A stretch of 64,000 nucleotides of DNA from an uncultured virus (IMG/VR IMGVR_UViG_3300008120_000157) (taxonomy: Duplodnaviria; Heunggongvirae; Uroviricota; Caudoviricetes; Crassvirales), in IMG/VR virus record IMGVR_UViG_3300008120_000157, one strand, 5' to 3'. Under the pieces are notes generated by a model that was not told where the DNA came from, ran no database searches, and was given only the letters and a program-made list of their open reading frames with translations. The translations under genes were made by a program, and so were the position numbers. Each line of letters opens with the position of its first letter. The first letter of the stretch is position 1. This document shows positions 9,803 to 19,473 of the stretch, in pieces.

Positions 9803-10534
9803 TTATTTATTTAAAAGTTTACCATTAAAACCATATGTTCCAAAGTGAATTATTTCAGGATAAGCTACTGCATAAACTTTGCCACCTGTATCTCTCCATA
9901 ATTTACAAAATTGATAATCTTCAGAAAGCAGCTCTTCTCGTTCATCAATAGTAAGATTCCAATAATCATAGATGTATTGACCCCTTTTTACATTATAAAC
10001 TTCTGAGGTATTGTGCTTGTATTTTTTTACAACTGAAGATAACTTATCAAATACATTTCTATTGATTAACATCATTCCTGTTCCAACATATTTTACTTCA
10101 AATACTTTTGTAAAATCTACTTTTTCAGATGGATCAATAGGATTAATATTAAATTCTCCAGTATATAAATATAAATCTGGTTTAGCATCTAATACAGCTT
10201 CTCTAACATTTGTCCAATTAATACTTTTCATTGGAACAACAGCACCTAAAATATCTTTATCTTCATTATACATTCTTTCAATATCTTCAGCTCTGAATGT
10301 CTGATCCGCATCAATAAAAAGTAAATGCTTACAAGAACTTTGAAGAAATATTTCTGTAAGTGTATTTCTAGCTCTAGTTATTAAACTTTCATTAATTAAA
10401 CTGCAATATTGAACATAATATCCTTTAGATACTAATTGCATTACCGTATTAACAAGAGACTCTGTATAACCTGCTGTACAATTACCTCCATACATTGGAG
10501 TAGCGATAAATATTGATTTATCAGCTAATTTCAT
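9803..10534 (-). CDS. GT-A fold glycosyltransferase
   Basis: IFIATPMYGG, ESLITRARN, HLLFIDAD (DxD), VGTGMMLI.R.VF, LSEDYQFC. Confidence 0.85.
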   Translation of the reverse strand: MKLADKSIFIATPMYGGNCTAGYTESLVNTVMQLVSKGYYVQYCSLINESLITRARNTLTEIFLQSSCKHLLFIDADQTFRAEDIERMYNEDKDILGAVVPMKSINWTNVREAVLDAKPDLYLYTGEFNINPIDPSEKVDFTKVFEVKYVGTGMMLINRNVFDKLSSVVKKYKHNTSEVYNVKRGQYIYDYWNLTIDEREELLSEDYQFCKLWRDTGGKVYAVAYPEIIHFGTYGFNGKLLNK

Positions 10535-11457
10535 TATAATTTATTTTGAGGAATAAATCCTGCATTATAAGGATTTGCACTATCGTAACAATATATAAAT
10601 TTACCAGATCCTGACGGTGTAGGAAAGCTACCACCCTGTATACTACAAAAAGTAAAAATTCCTGATGCGTTTCCAGAAATGCCACTACCAAAACTATTAT
10701 TACCTCCTGAACATGCATCAAATGTTCCGCTTGCAGTTCCATTAAAGCCTCCAAATGATTCTGAGCCTGCTACACAATTTTTAAAAACACCTGTTGCTGA
10801 TGTGCTATTGTAGCCACCGCCAAATGATAATGCTTGAGCTTCACAATTTTTAAATGTTCCAGCAGCTACAGTATTACCACCAAAAGAAGCAAATCCTCCT
10901 ACACAATTGATATATGTTCCATAGGCTCCTCCTGTATAACCAAAGCTATAATCTCCTCCTTTACAATTTTCAATAATTTGAGACCCTCCTCCACTAGAAG
11001 TTTTAAATGGTAAAATTCCAGTGTCAATTCCTTGGATATATACTTTACTAGCAGTAACACTTATTGTATTTGAACCAATAATAAACACATCACGTAATCC
11101 TGTTAAAGAAACTATATTAATATAATTAGTAGTTACTAAAAAATCAGTATTAAAACTATAATAACCAGGGGCTAGTAAAATATAAAATTGATTATTTGCA
11201 TCTATAATATTTCCGTATGGAGTAGTAGTTAAAGCTTTATTATAAGCAGCTATAACATTATTTCCATTTTGAAAACGATCTGTTCCATTTGCTAAAATAG
11301 TAGTAAAGTTTTCTCCTTTTAGTTGGAATTCACTAGTAGGAGCAAACGGCACAATAATTCCGTTTTTGTCTTTATACGACATTTTATTAGTATTTCTATC
11401 AAAGAAGATTTCTTCTCTGTTAGCTTCTCCTGGAGTTTTAGTTTCGTAAAGTAACAT
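10534..11457 (-). CDS. Virion protein with beta-helix-like repeats
   Basis: Tandem G.F.NC.(G/A)G..SFG repeats in the C-terminal half. Confidence 0.55.
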   Translation of the reverse strand: MLLYETKTPGEANREEIFFDRNTNKMSYKDKNGIIVPFAPTSEFQLKGENFTTILANGTDRFQNGNNVIAAYNKALTTTPYGNIIDANNQFYILLAPGYYSFNTDFLVTTNYINIVSLTGLRDVFIIGSNTISVTASKVYIQGIDTGILPFKTSSGGGSQIIENCKGGDYSFGYTGGAYGTYINCVGGFASFGGNTVAAGTFKNCEAQALSFGGGYNSTSATGVFKNCVAGSESFGGFNGTASGTFDACSGGNNSFGSGISGNASGIFTFCSIQGGSFPTPSGSGKFIYCYDSANPYNAGFIPQNKL

Positions 11458-11461
11458 GATA

Positions 11462-12007
11462 TTAATAGTTTAATAAGTCGTTAATTGTATCGTAAGTAAG
11501 AGTATTATACTCTGGCTCTGTGTTATTTAAATCACGGAGATCGTAACAATTTAATATACCGAGCACTCTTTTTTTATTTTTTAAATCTTCTAAAGCATTG
11601 CAACATGCAAAGCCAAACTCTAATGCTTTTAAATACTTTAAAGTTTCTTGAGCAAACTCACATTGTTTTTGCCATACTAAAGCATTATAGCAATTAATCT
11701 CCTCTAGTGTAGGATTACACTCTGTTATCTGAGGATTGTTTCCTAAATAATAAGGACTTAGTTCTGCATTAAAAGTCCACTCACTTGTAGGGCAATCTAT
11801 TGACGTACTACTGCCAATGCTAATATCTCCTTCATGAGCTACTACCCAAAGCGTCCAAAGTTCTCCATCCCAAATAATGTAAAATTCTTGACCTCCTAAG
11901 GTAAAATAATATTCGTTAAAACCCTCTACTATGACACCAAAAGCCTGTACAGTTTCTTCAACTCCTGTAATAGACGGTGTACCAGTAATTTGAAGGCAGT
12001 CACACAT
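11462..12007 (-). CDS. Cys-rich structural protein (tail hub or fibre anchor-like)
   Basis: Starts MCDC; late-operon position. Confidence 0.45.
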   Translation of the reverse strand: MCDCLQITGTPSITGVEETVQAFGVIVEGFNEYYFTLGGQEFYIIWDGELWTLWVVAHEGDISIGSSTSIDCPTSEWTFNAELSPYYLGNNPQITECNPTLEEINCYNALVWQKQCEFAQETLKYLKALEFGFACCNALEDLKNKKRVLGILNCYDLRDLNNTEPEYNTLTYDTINDLLNY

Positions 12008-12561
12008 TATGATAAGCGATTAATAGTAAGTACTCCAAAATTTAAATATGCTGTTGTTGGTGCTGTACTAGTAGAACGTACATCAATAATATCGCCTACA
12101 GCTAAAGTAACATTTGATATTTTAACTAATGCTGGAATAATAAATGATCCTCCTTCTGCATTAGCATTACTTATTTTAATACGTTTTTGCACATTAGGGT
12201 TAATCTCTACACCATTTTTAAATACTTGAATAGTAACTTGATTAGAAGCTATACCTGTAAAAGTAAACTCTGTATCTGCAGCAAACTCTAATTCATATGT
12301 ACCAGCACCTCCTGAAGGTACTGTGTAAGTCATATTTGTTAATAATGTGTATGTAGGAGAAGTGCCAGATGTATTAATACCTAAACGTTCTGTTTGGTAT
12401 TTTACTTGAGACTGTGCACAAGAGCATGGTAATGTTACAGTTTCTCCATTAGTATAGGTAAAAGTAACTGTACCAAATGAATTAGAAGTAATATTAGCAA
12501 TACCTACCCCATCTTGGCCTGTTGGCATAGTAATATCTTTACAATTTTTGCAACCGCACAT
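12007..12561 (-). CDS. Fibre protein with C1q/BclA-like C-terminal domain
   Basis: Starts MCGCKNC; GQDGVGIANI; YTVP..GAGTY...LAVGDIIDVR. Confidence 0.5.
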   Translation of the reverse strand: MCGCKNCKDITMPTGQDGVGIANITSNSFGTVTFTYTNGETVTLPCSCAQSQVKYQTERLGINTSGTSPTYTLLTNMTYTVPSGGAGTYELEFAADTEFTFTGIASNQVTIQVFKNGVEINPNVQKRIKISNANAEGGSFIIPALVKISNVTLAVGDIIDVRSTSTAPTTAYLNFGVLTINRLS

Positions 12562-12572
12562 AGTCTTTTAAA

Positions 12573-13409
12573 TTAACAGTTTCCACCGCAGCCGCAGCCA
12601 CAGTCAGAAACTAATGAACAATATTTTGTAGCAGCTTCTAACAATGTAGTAGCTGTTGTATAATCTTGACATGAAAAAGCAGATTGAATTCCGTAAATAA
12701 ATACTTCCATCTGATCTACTTGAGTTTTTAGTTTTTCTACTTCTAATTTATCACATGCTTTTACTAATCTTGTAACAAGTGCGTCTTTACAGTTACATAG
12801 ATTACAAATGAATAATTCATAACTTTTACTAGTTCTAATAATGCTGATATCGTCTTCGTGCACTGTGTAGACCATCTGGTAAATACCATCAGGATTTGAC
12901 CATGTTTGCTCTACTAATGCATCAAAGATATAAGGTGTAGTATAACCTGGAGCACTAGCATAAACATTTATAGTATTATTGCGTAAATAATAACTAGCTG
13001 CAATGCTGATTCCTGTAATAGGAGTACTAGATACTGTTTGTGATATATTTACTTGGTAAGTACCACCATTATTAGATCCTGTACCCGTAAGTAAAGCAGT
13101 AATAACAGTTCCTGGTGCAATACCTAAACCTATTAAGGTTTGTCCGACTTGAAAAGTCCCTGAAAGATGTGATGTATCAGTAAATGTAGTACCTGAGATA
13201 GTACCAGTTCCTGATGCATTGACTATACTATACGGAGCACTAAGAGGATAAAAAGATACGTAGGCTAAACTAATGTCTCCTGCGTCAATGTTAGGAGCTC
13301 CCCAACCTCCAGGATTATTTGTAGCATTATATGGCTTAGTTTCTTCTGTAAGCGTAATAAGATTACATTTACCTGAAATAGAAGCTGATATTTTAGGGAT
13401 AAGTGCCAT
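12573..13409 (-). CDS. Structural protein (tail hub-like), Cys-rich C-terminus
   Basis: [19 protein letters not shown]; ends [11 protein letters not shown]; follows the auxiliary capsid gene as in crAss-like gene order. Confidence 0.5.
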   Translation of the reverse strand: MALIPKISASISGKCNLITLTEETKPYNATNNPGGWGAPNIDAGDISLAYVSFYPLSAPYSIVNASGTGTISGTTFTDTSHLSGTFQVGQTLIGLGIAPGTVITALLTGTGSNNGGTYQVNISQTVSSTPITGISIAASYYLRNNTINVYASAPGYTTPYIFDALVEQTWSNPDGIYQMVYTVHEDDISIIRTSKSYELFICNLCNCKDALVTRLVKACDKLEVEKLKTQVDQMEVFIYGIQSAFSCQDYTTATTLLEAATKYCSLVSDCGCGCGGNC

Positions 13410-13423
13410 ATTAATGTTTTAAT

Positions 13424-13431
13424 CAAAGTTA
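13424..13431 (-). promoter_or_regulatory. Bacteroidota -7 promoter box (TAACTTTG)
   Basis: Exact consensus just downstream of a terminator and 14 nt upstream of the ATG at 13409. Confidence 0.6.
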
Positions 13432-13464
13432 ATCAATTTCTTTTAACAAGAAATTGTAATTACT

Positions 13465-13510
13465 AAAAAATAGTAGCCCACCACAAGACAGCTATGTGGT
13501 GGGACTACTG
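13465..13510 (-). terminator. Intrinsic terminator after the auxiliary capsid gene
   Basis: Minus strand reads CAGTAGTCCCACCACA-loop-TGTGGTGGGCTACTA followed by TTTTTT. Confidence 0.75.
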
Positions 13511-13521
13511 TGGGCGGAGAA

Positions 13522-14838
13522 TTACATGTTAAGGATAGCCTTAATCGCTGTAGCAGCTGCTCCAGAGAATAAAGTATCTACAACTGCTTCTGCAGTTGTT
13601 GCAGTAATAACACCTGTTGCAACATTAGTCAAGTTACAGTGTAGAAGTACGCTACCTTGAGGCTTGTTAACAGATGCAAGACCGAGGATTTCTTCTGTCC
13701 AATTGAAAGTCAAAGTTGAGTAACGAGAAGATTGCTCAGTGTTACCAGCTACGCCAGGGATTTTAACAACTTGATCACGTGGTACAGAAGGAACAGCCAA
13801 TTGGTTGTTTTCTCCTTCGAAACCATAGTTCAAGTACTCATCCATAGCTACTTGTTGCCATACACCGTTTCCGTTTTGAGCACCAGTTACAGTAATCAAA
13901 GTTGAAGAATCAGAGAAAGATGTAGTCCAACGGTTAGCATAGTAATCACGGAATGCATTAACATCAAACGGAGCAACAACACCAGTAAGACGAATACCGA
14001 AGTTTGCAGTTGAAGCAGTTGCAGCAGCAATAACTTGTACGTTAGCAACAAGAATAGTTGCGCTATCGCCTACATAAGGAGTAGCTAAAGTAATAGTAGT
14101 TGCAGTTACGGCAGTTACACGATATACAGGGTTAGTTACGGCTGCACCACCAATACGAAGGAAATCGCCTACAGCAACGTTAGATGTTGCAGTACCAGTG
14201 ATAGTCATTACACGTGATTTGTAAGTAACACCGAAAGATGTAGGAGCACCTGTAATTGCAGCACTAGCAGCACTAGAGATAGCTTCAAATTTCAAGTAAC
14301 CATTTGCAGGCTCTTGGTTAGTGAAGTTACGGTAGCCAGAAGCAACAAGAGCAACAGCCAATTCTGCTTGAGTACCAGTAGCATCAGTTTTTACTGGACC
14401 AGCAAACAAACTCATCGGTTGTGAACGGTTAGCAGCATCGTTATCGCGCTTACGAACTTTGATCCAGAAATCAGTGTTGTTAGCTACAGGAAGAGCACCA
14501 GTAGTACCATTATAACCAACTGTAGTTACTTGTTGTACTGCAGCTTTAAATTTGCTTGCAGAAATAGTAACATTAGCTTTGGTCATAGCTGGAGATTTCA
14601 TCAAAGGTTGAGTAGCACCTTTACCTTGTACGATGAAAAATTTGTCAGTTGCAGCCAATGCTGTATAAGAAGTATTGTCGAGACGACGCATACCCATGTC
14701 ACATACTGCTACTGCTCCGATAGGGAGGTTCAAGTTTGTTACTACTGTTCCTACAGGAACTGCAGTATTCAAAGCTGAAGTTAATGCACTAGCGTCAGAA
14801 AGAACGACACTAAATACGTTGTTTGCTTTTCTAAACAT
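13522..14838 (-). CDS. crAss-like auxiliary capsid (decoration) protein
   Basis: 438 aa, Ala/Thr-rich, strong codon bias like the MCP, followed by a terminator; syntenic position MCP+3. Confidence 0.6.
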   Translation of the reverse strand: MFRKANNVFSVVLSDASALTSALNTAVPVGTVVTNLNLPIGAVAVCDMGMRRLDNTSYTALAATDKFFIVQGKGATQPLMKSPAMTKANVTISASKFKAAVQQVTTVGYNGTTGALPVANNTDFWIKVRKRDNDAANRSQPMSLFAGPVKTDATGTQAELAVALVASGYRNFTNQEPANGYLKFEAISSAASAAITGAPTSFGVTYKSRVMTITGTATSNVAVGDFLRIGGAAVTNPVYRVTAVTATTITLATPYVGDSATILVANVQVIAAATASTANFGIRLTGVVAPFDVNAFRDYYANRWTTSFSDSSTLITVTGAQNGNGVWQQVAMDEYLNYGFEGENNQLAVPSVPRDQVVKIPGVAGNTEQSSRYSTLTFNWTEEILGLASVNKPQGSVLLHCNLTNVATGVITATTAEAVVDTLFSGAAATAIKAILNM

Positions 14839-14868
14839 TTTGTTTAAGTTTTAATTAATAATTATTTT

Positions 14869-15633
14869 TTATTCTAACTCTTTAAACGGTTCTACCGTTT
14901 GTATTTTCTGTTCTTGTACTCTTTGCATCATTAGATCGGTTGCAATATCAATAATAACTCTGTGAGTAGATTCATCTAATTCACAGTTTTGTTGATTTGC
15001 GGGCGTACTACGATCGACAACAATGTCTGATGGATTTTTGAGATATCGCATATGATAATCAACGATATCAAAAGTTCCATCCGTTAGTAGCTCATGACGT
15101 TTAGCAGTTGCAGGTTGTAGCGGATCGATGCCCGATGTTTGTCTGCTATATTCTAGACGCCATACTCTACCATCACCATAAGATTTATAAAACGGTTTTT
15201 TGTATTTACTCCAATTAAAACGTTGGATCTCATTGTGTGCTACTGTAATTACATATGCGTAAATAGGATCTGTAGTTCCACACTCCGTTTTATTAATTGT
15301 ACACTCTTCAAAAATAGTGTACATATGGTCGGTCGGTAAATCAAAGAACTTTCCTTGAAGTAGGTTGTTTGATATAACTCCTACTTGGGAAGCCGAAACT
15401 GGGAGTGAAGCAGCGTCTTTAACTAACGCTGCTAATCCCTGATTTCTTATTTCAATTTCTTCAAAGCCTTTTGCTTTGCGATTATTTACCTCATCGTAAA
15501 ATTTCTTGACATAAAAATTAACGGCCTCAGTTAGTACAGAAGATAATTCAAAATCTTCGTAACCAGGAGAACCAAAGCTGTCTGAGCGATCAAGCTTTAA
15601 TTCTAATTCATTGGCCATGTCATTTGCCGTCAT
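14869..15633 (-). CDS. crAss-like head-tail ring (adaptor) protein
   Basis: PGY...E.S..LT.A, GFEE.E.R...L..LVK, Y..RYLK.P, CELDESTH..IIDIA. Confidence 0.65.
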   Translation of the reverse strand: MTANDMANELELKLDRSDSFGSPGYEDFELSSVLTEAVNFYVKKFYDEVNNRKAKGFEEIEIRNQGLAALVKDAASLPVSASQVGVISNNLLQGKFFDLPTDHMYTIFEECTINKTECGTTDPIYAYVITVAHNEIQRFNWSKYKKPFYKSYGDGRVWRLEYSRQTSGIDPLQPATAKRHELLTDGTFDIVDYHMRYLKNPSDIVVDRSTPANQQNCELDESTHRVIIDIATDLMMQRVQEQKIQTVEPFKELE

Positions 15634-15635
15634 TG

Positions 15636-16574
15636 TTATTTACGTTTTGATAATTCAATTTTTGCTTTAACTCGAAGTTTTACCTCTTGGTTATCTGGAT
15701 TAAGTAGGTAGTTAATAACATCAGTTAAGTCACCTAACTCAGCACCATTATCTAGAGTATATCGCTTCTCACCTTTGCGGATAATTGCACCAGCTTCAAC
15801 AGCTTCTTGTACAAAGATACGCTCATTATATTGTGGATGTGTCACAATCTCTAGGAAATATTTAGGATTAGATTCCACAATATTTGCAACTTCTGACTTG
15901 AGCCACTCTTCAGTAGCAGTAGCAGGAATTGTTCGGCCAAGAGATTTGATAAATCCAATAGTTGCAGCCTTACTGTTTGTAACCTCTGCGTATTTAACAT
16001 ACGCTTGAGCTTTAAGATCTGCTTCTTCAAGTTTCTTAGAAGTGATTTTATTTTCGTCTACAATCATAAACTCATACGTTGCTTTGTTTACTCTTTCTTC
16101 ATAAGAAGGAGAAACTAACATTTTGTTAGAGATTAAGATTAGATATTTTAACATATCTAATGGTAGATTAAGATTTAATGTTGTTCCTTCTTTTGTAAGA
16201 ATAACACGTCCTCTACGATCACTTCTCCAGAAGTTTTTCTCTACTGGAAGTGTAGGATTTAAATCTACACCTAATTCTTTTTCAAAGAACTCTTTTTGAG
16301 TCATCCCGTTTGGATGAGACTCCATGTATTTCTGAATCTTCACACGTGTGATATCATCAAGAACTACTTTTACTCCACCTCCGCGTGTCTCGCTGTTAAG
16401 AGGCACTTGGTAGCTTCGTTTTGTTTTGTTGTACATGAACGGGTCTTTTAGACGCTCTTGTCCTTGTACTAGTAGGTTACTCCATTTGCCCGATGATTCT
16501 ACTGGCTTAATTGATACAATACGATTCTGTAAGAATGAGCCGTATACTACTTTGTCTTTTGTTGCTGTCTCCAT
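15636..16574 (-). CDS. Conserved crAss-like capsid-module protein (gene immediately downstream of the MCP)
   Basis: 312 aa; LNLNLPLD.LKY.IL, ATYEFMIVDE, YLLNPDNQE; synteny. Confidence 0.6.
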   Translation of the reverse strand: METATKDKVVYGSFLQNRIVSIKPVESSGKWSNLLVQGQERLKDPFMYNKTKRSYQVPLNSETRGGGVKVVLDDITRVKIQKYMESHPNGMTQKEFFEKELGVDLNPTLPVEKNFWRSDRRGRVILTKEGTTLNLNLPLDMLKYLILISNKMLVSPSYEERVNKATYEFMIVDENKITSKKLEEADLKAQAYVKYAEVTNSKAATIGFIKSLGRTIPATATEEWLKSEVANIVESNPKYFLEIVTHPQYNERIFVQEAVEAGAIIRKGEKRYTLDNGAELGDLTDVINYLLNPDNQEVKLRVKAKIELSKRK

Positions 16575-16603
16575 TTTTGCTGTCTTATTATTTAATTCTC
16601 TTT

Positions 16604-16652
16604 AAAAAAAGGGGGGTCCTTGAGGCGTTCAACTCCCAAGGAGACCCCCTTT
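16604..16652 (-). terminator. Intrinsic terminator after the MCP
   Basis: Minus strand AAAGGGGGTCTCCTTGGG...CCTCAAGGACCCCCC followed by a T run. Confidence 0.75.
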
Positions 16653-16668
16653 CTATAGTAGGTAGTTA

Positions 16669-18180
16669 TTATCTTTCAACAACTAAACGTAAATCAATTA
16701 CTTTAGTTGGATCTTCGATCATCAAGCCACCCCATTTTTGGATGTGTACTTCGTAACCATCTACACGGGAAGCTACCATTTTTGGCGAACCTTTACCTGC
16801 AGGTGAGAACGGATCACGCATACCAGGGATGTATGCCCAGTTGTAATCTGGAACTCCTTTTGGTTTAACGCGGTAGATACCAGCGTTATCACCATAGTCA
16901 AGAGCTAAGATACGGTGAGACTCAACAATACCTTTTCCATCTGGGTGACGTTGTGGGAAGTATACGTCATCATCGAAGAAATCAACGATTTCAACCATGA
17001 TAGTAACTCCGTTGTACCACTCGTACACGTTCCACTGTGGCTCCATGAGACCTTTAGTGTTTTTACCACCAAGGTTACCTGGGTTAGTGTTAGATGTAAG
17101 GAATTTGTCAGAGATAACTGTAAATTTACCGCTACCAGATTTAGCATTGATTTGCTTAGAGATTTCAATTGCACCAAATTCACCTGTTAACAAGTGGATA
17201 GTACGTTTGCCACGCTCAAGTTTACCAACACCCATATCCAACAACAACTCTAAATGCCAATCAAGGTCATAAGTGTTATAGTAGTGTACGTTTGAAGGAG
17301 CGATTTGATCAAAGAAACCTGCACCAGATTCGATAGCATATTTAGTCTTATCGTCTTTGTTTAAGTACTTGTGATCAGAAGTCCAGTTTTTCTTACCGTA
17401 CATCAACATACGAGCAAACATTTCTTCTGCTTGGTGGTGAGCTACCAAATCTTGGTAGTTAATCCAAATAGACTCAGTTTGTCCTTTGTAGTTAAAACCA
17501 AACTCAAGTGGTTCGTTTTTACCTTTGTTGATTGTGTTACCTGCTACTTCATACTCCATACGAAGTGTAGAAGGACGGTTTTCCATTCTCCAAGGAGAAG
17601 TGAAATAAGGCTTAGCACCTTGGTAAGAAAGTGTTGAAGGAGAAAGAGAGTAGAACTTAGACCAACGTGTACCAATAGCCAATTCCTCAGAAGGAATAGT
17701 TTTGTTAGCGTTGTCAGTTACTAATTCAACTTCAAACTTGTAACGAGAACCAGCATCCATAGCACGTTTTACCAAAAGATGGTAATCGTCTACTTCACCA
17801 CGAAGAACGTTAGTTTCTTCGAAAAGTGGTTCGTCAAAGATTAAGTAGAAACGCTCACCGTTTGAACCTACGTTAGCTGGGAATGTACCAGCAGAGATAG
17901 ACAAACCGTTAATTGTTTCTGCATCAACTAGAGGCAAGTTTTTGTCGTGTTGACCTTGCAACATCCAGTTGTAGAATCCGTTTTCTTGTTCAACCTCTTT
18001 AACAGGGAAACGATCAACGAATTCACGTAATTTACCTTGAAGATTAGTTTTGTAAATCTCTTTGATTACATTACTAATCAACTGCGGTTTTTGCTGATAC
18101 AAAGAGTAGAAGTGATTATCAGTCACTAACCCGTTGTAATCTTTAGCCTCATACCGTTGTAGTGGAAGTAATTGAGCCAT
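16669..18180 (-). CDS. Major capsid protein (crAss-like, HK97 fold)
   Basis: 503 aa with highly biased codons; I.SGAGFFDQI, L.TGEFGAIE, DGYEVH....G.MIEDPT typical of crAss-like MCPs; sits portal+2. Confidence 0.88.
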   Translation of the reverse strand: MAQLLPLQRYEAKDYNGLVTDNHFYSLYQQKPQLISNVIKEIYKTNLQGKLREFVDRFPVKEVEQENGFYNWMLQGQHDKNLPLVDAETINGLSISAGTFPANVGSNGERFYLIFDEPLFEETNVLRGEVDDYHLLVKRAMDAGSRYKFEVELVTDNANKTIPSEELAIGTRWSKFYSLSPSTLSYQGAKPYFTSPWRMENRPSTLRMEYEVAGNTINKGKNEPLEFGFNYKGQTESIWINYQDLVAHHQAEEMFARMLMYGKKNWTSDHKYLNKDDKTKYAIESGAGFFDQIAPSNVHYYNTYDLDWHLELLLDMGVGKLERGKRTIHLLTGEFGAIEISKQINAKSGSGKFTVISDKFLTSNTNPGNLGGKNTKGLMEPQWNVYEWYNGVTIMVEIVDFFDDDVYFPQRHPDGKGIVESHRILALDYGDNAGIYRVKPKGVPDYNWAYIPGMRDPFSPAGKGSPKMVASRVDGYEVHIQKWGGLMIEDPTKVIDLRLVVER

Positions 18181-18213
18181 TGTTTTTTGTTTTTATTTAT
18201 TAGACGAATTGTG

Positions 18214-19383
18214 TTATTTCTTATTAAAAGCATTCTCAAGCATAGAAAGTAGACCCTGTGTTTTCTGTGAAGTTTCTACAGAAGTGTTACGTCCTACACC
18301 ACGTTGTTCTTCAGCTGCAATAACTTTATCAAGTTCGTTGATTGCTGCTGTTTTTGCAACTGTTTTAAGTTTAGAGATATCAGGTTTAAACTTACCTTCT
18401 TTATCTAAGTTGAATAAACCTATTGTATCATAGTAATTAATCAACATTTCAAACTCAACAGGGTTGCGTTTTTGTTTATACATCAAGCTGTTGTACTCTA
18501 CACCTGTTTCTGGATCCTTATGTACAGGATTCATAATATTGGCTTTAAGTTTATCTTTGGCAACCTTATTAAGATTTAAACCATCAATAAAAGCATCACG
18601 AGATTCAATGTTTTGTACAAGACTATCAAACATTTTAGTCTGCGCTTCTTGCTCAGCTTTTGTTTTAGTTTCTTTTTCAAGACGCGCACTTTCTACTACT
18701 TGATTAGCTTGTTGACGAAGTTCAGGAATTGCTTTTAAAGACTTTTCTTGTAACTTGTTCATTTGCTCAGCATCATTAATAGCTTCTACCGCATCTTGAT
18801 CACTAAAGTTTTTAGATTTTAGAAGCTCATAGTAAATCTGTTTTTGAAGATTTACATCTGATTTTACTGCTTCTGCATCTACTGTATCAAAGAACTCTAA
18901 TCGTTGGGCCATTAATATTGCTTGGTCCGTAGCATCAAAAGCATCTTCTATTTCTAAAAAACGCTTTTTAGTAGGGTCTAAATTTCTTTTCCAGTTTTCT
19001 TGAGTTTGTTTAACTCCAGTTTCAACTGTTTTAGAAACTAATTCCTTAATTGTATCTAGAGTACCTGGTAACTCATCTAACTTTTCTACCTCTTCTACTG
19101 TTAAAACTCCTGCAGTAACTAACTCTTTCATCAGAGCTTTGTAAACTGCTTCGTTTTTAGTAATAGTTTCAGTAGTGTCAGGTTTATCTGGTACTACTTT
19201 ATTTTCGCCAGCACCTTCTCCTGTTTCAGTTGTTACTGGTGTAAATAATGTTGCAGGTTCATTATTTTCCGTTGCTTGACCTGCATTAGTATCTTCTTCT
19301 CCTTTTGTTTGACTGTCTACAGCCTTGTTTAATTCTTCAGGCGACATTATCTGTAGCCCTTCAAATAATTCATTATTCTCCAT
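18214..19383 (-). CDS. Putative scaffolding or capsid assembly protein
   Basis: Acidic, helical, low-complexity N-terminus; between portal and MCP. Confidence 0.6.
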   Translation of the reverse strand: MENNELFEGLQIMSPEELNKAVDSQTKGEEDTNAGQATENNEPATLFTPVTTETGEGAGENKVVPDKPDTTETITKNEAVYKALMKELVTAGVLTVEEVEKLDELPGTLDTIKELVSKTVETGVKQTQENWKRNLDPTKKRFLEIEDAFDATDQAILMAQRLEFFDTVDAEAVKSDVNLQKQIYYELLKSKNFSDQDAVEAINDAEQMNKLQEKSLKAIPELRQQANQVVESARLEKETKTKAEQEAQTKMFDSLVQNIESRDAFIDGLNLNKVAKDKLKANIMNPVHKDPETGVEYNSLMYKQKRNPVEFEMLINYYDTIGLFNLDKEGKFKPDISKLKTVAKTAAINELDKVIAAEEQRGVGRNTSVETSQKTQGLLSMLENAFNKK

Positions 19384-19427
19384 TTTGCTGTCGTTAATTG
19401 GTTACAATATTAAAATTATTTTTATAA

Positions 19428-19467
19428 ATAGGGCCTAGAATCTTTATGAGAGCTTCTATGGCCCTAT
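19428..19467. terminator. Hairpin just after the portal stop codon (terminator or processing site)
   Basis: ATAGGGCC-TAGAA...TTCTA-TGGCCCTAT inverted repeat. Confidence 0.5.
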
Positions 19468-19473
19468 AGCTTT

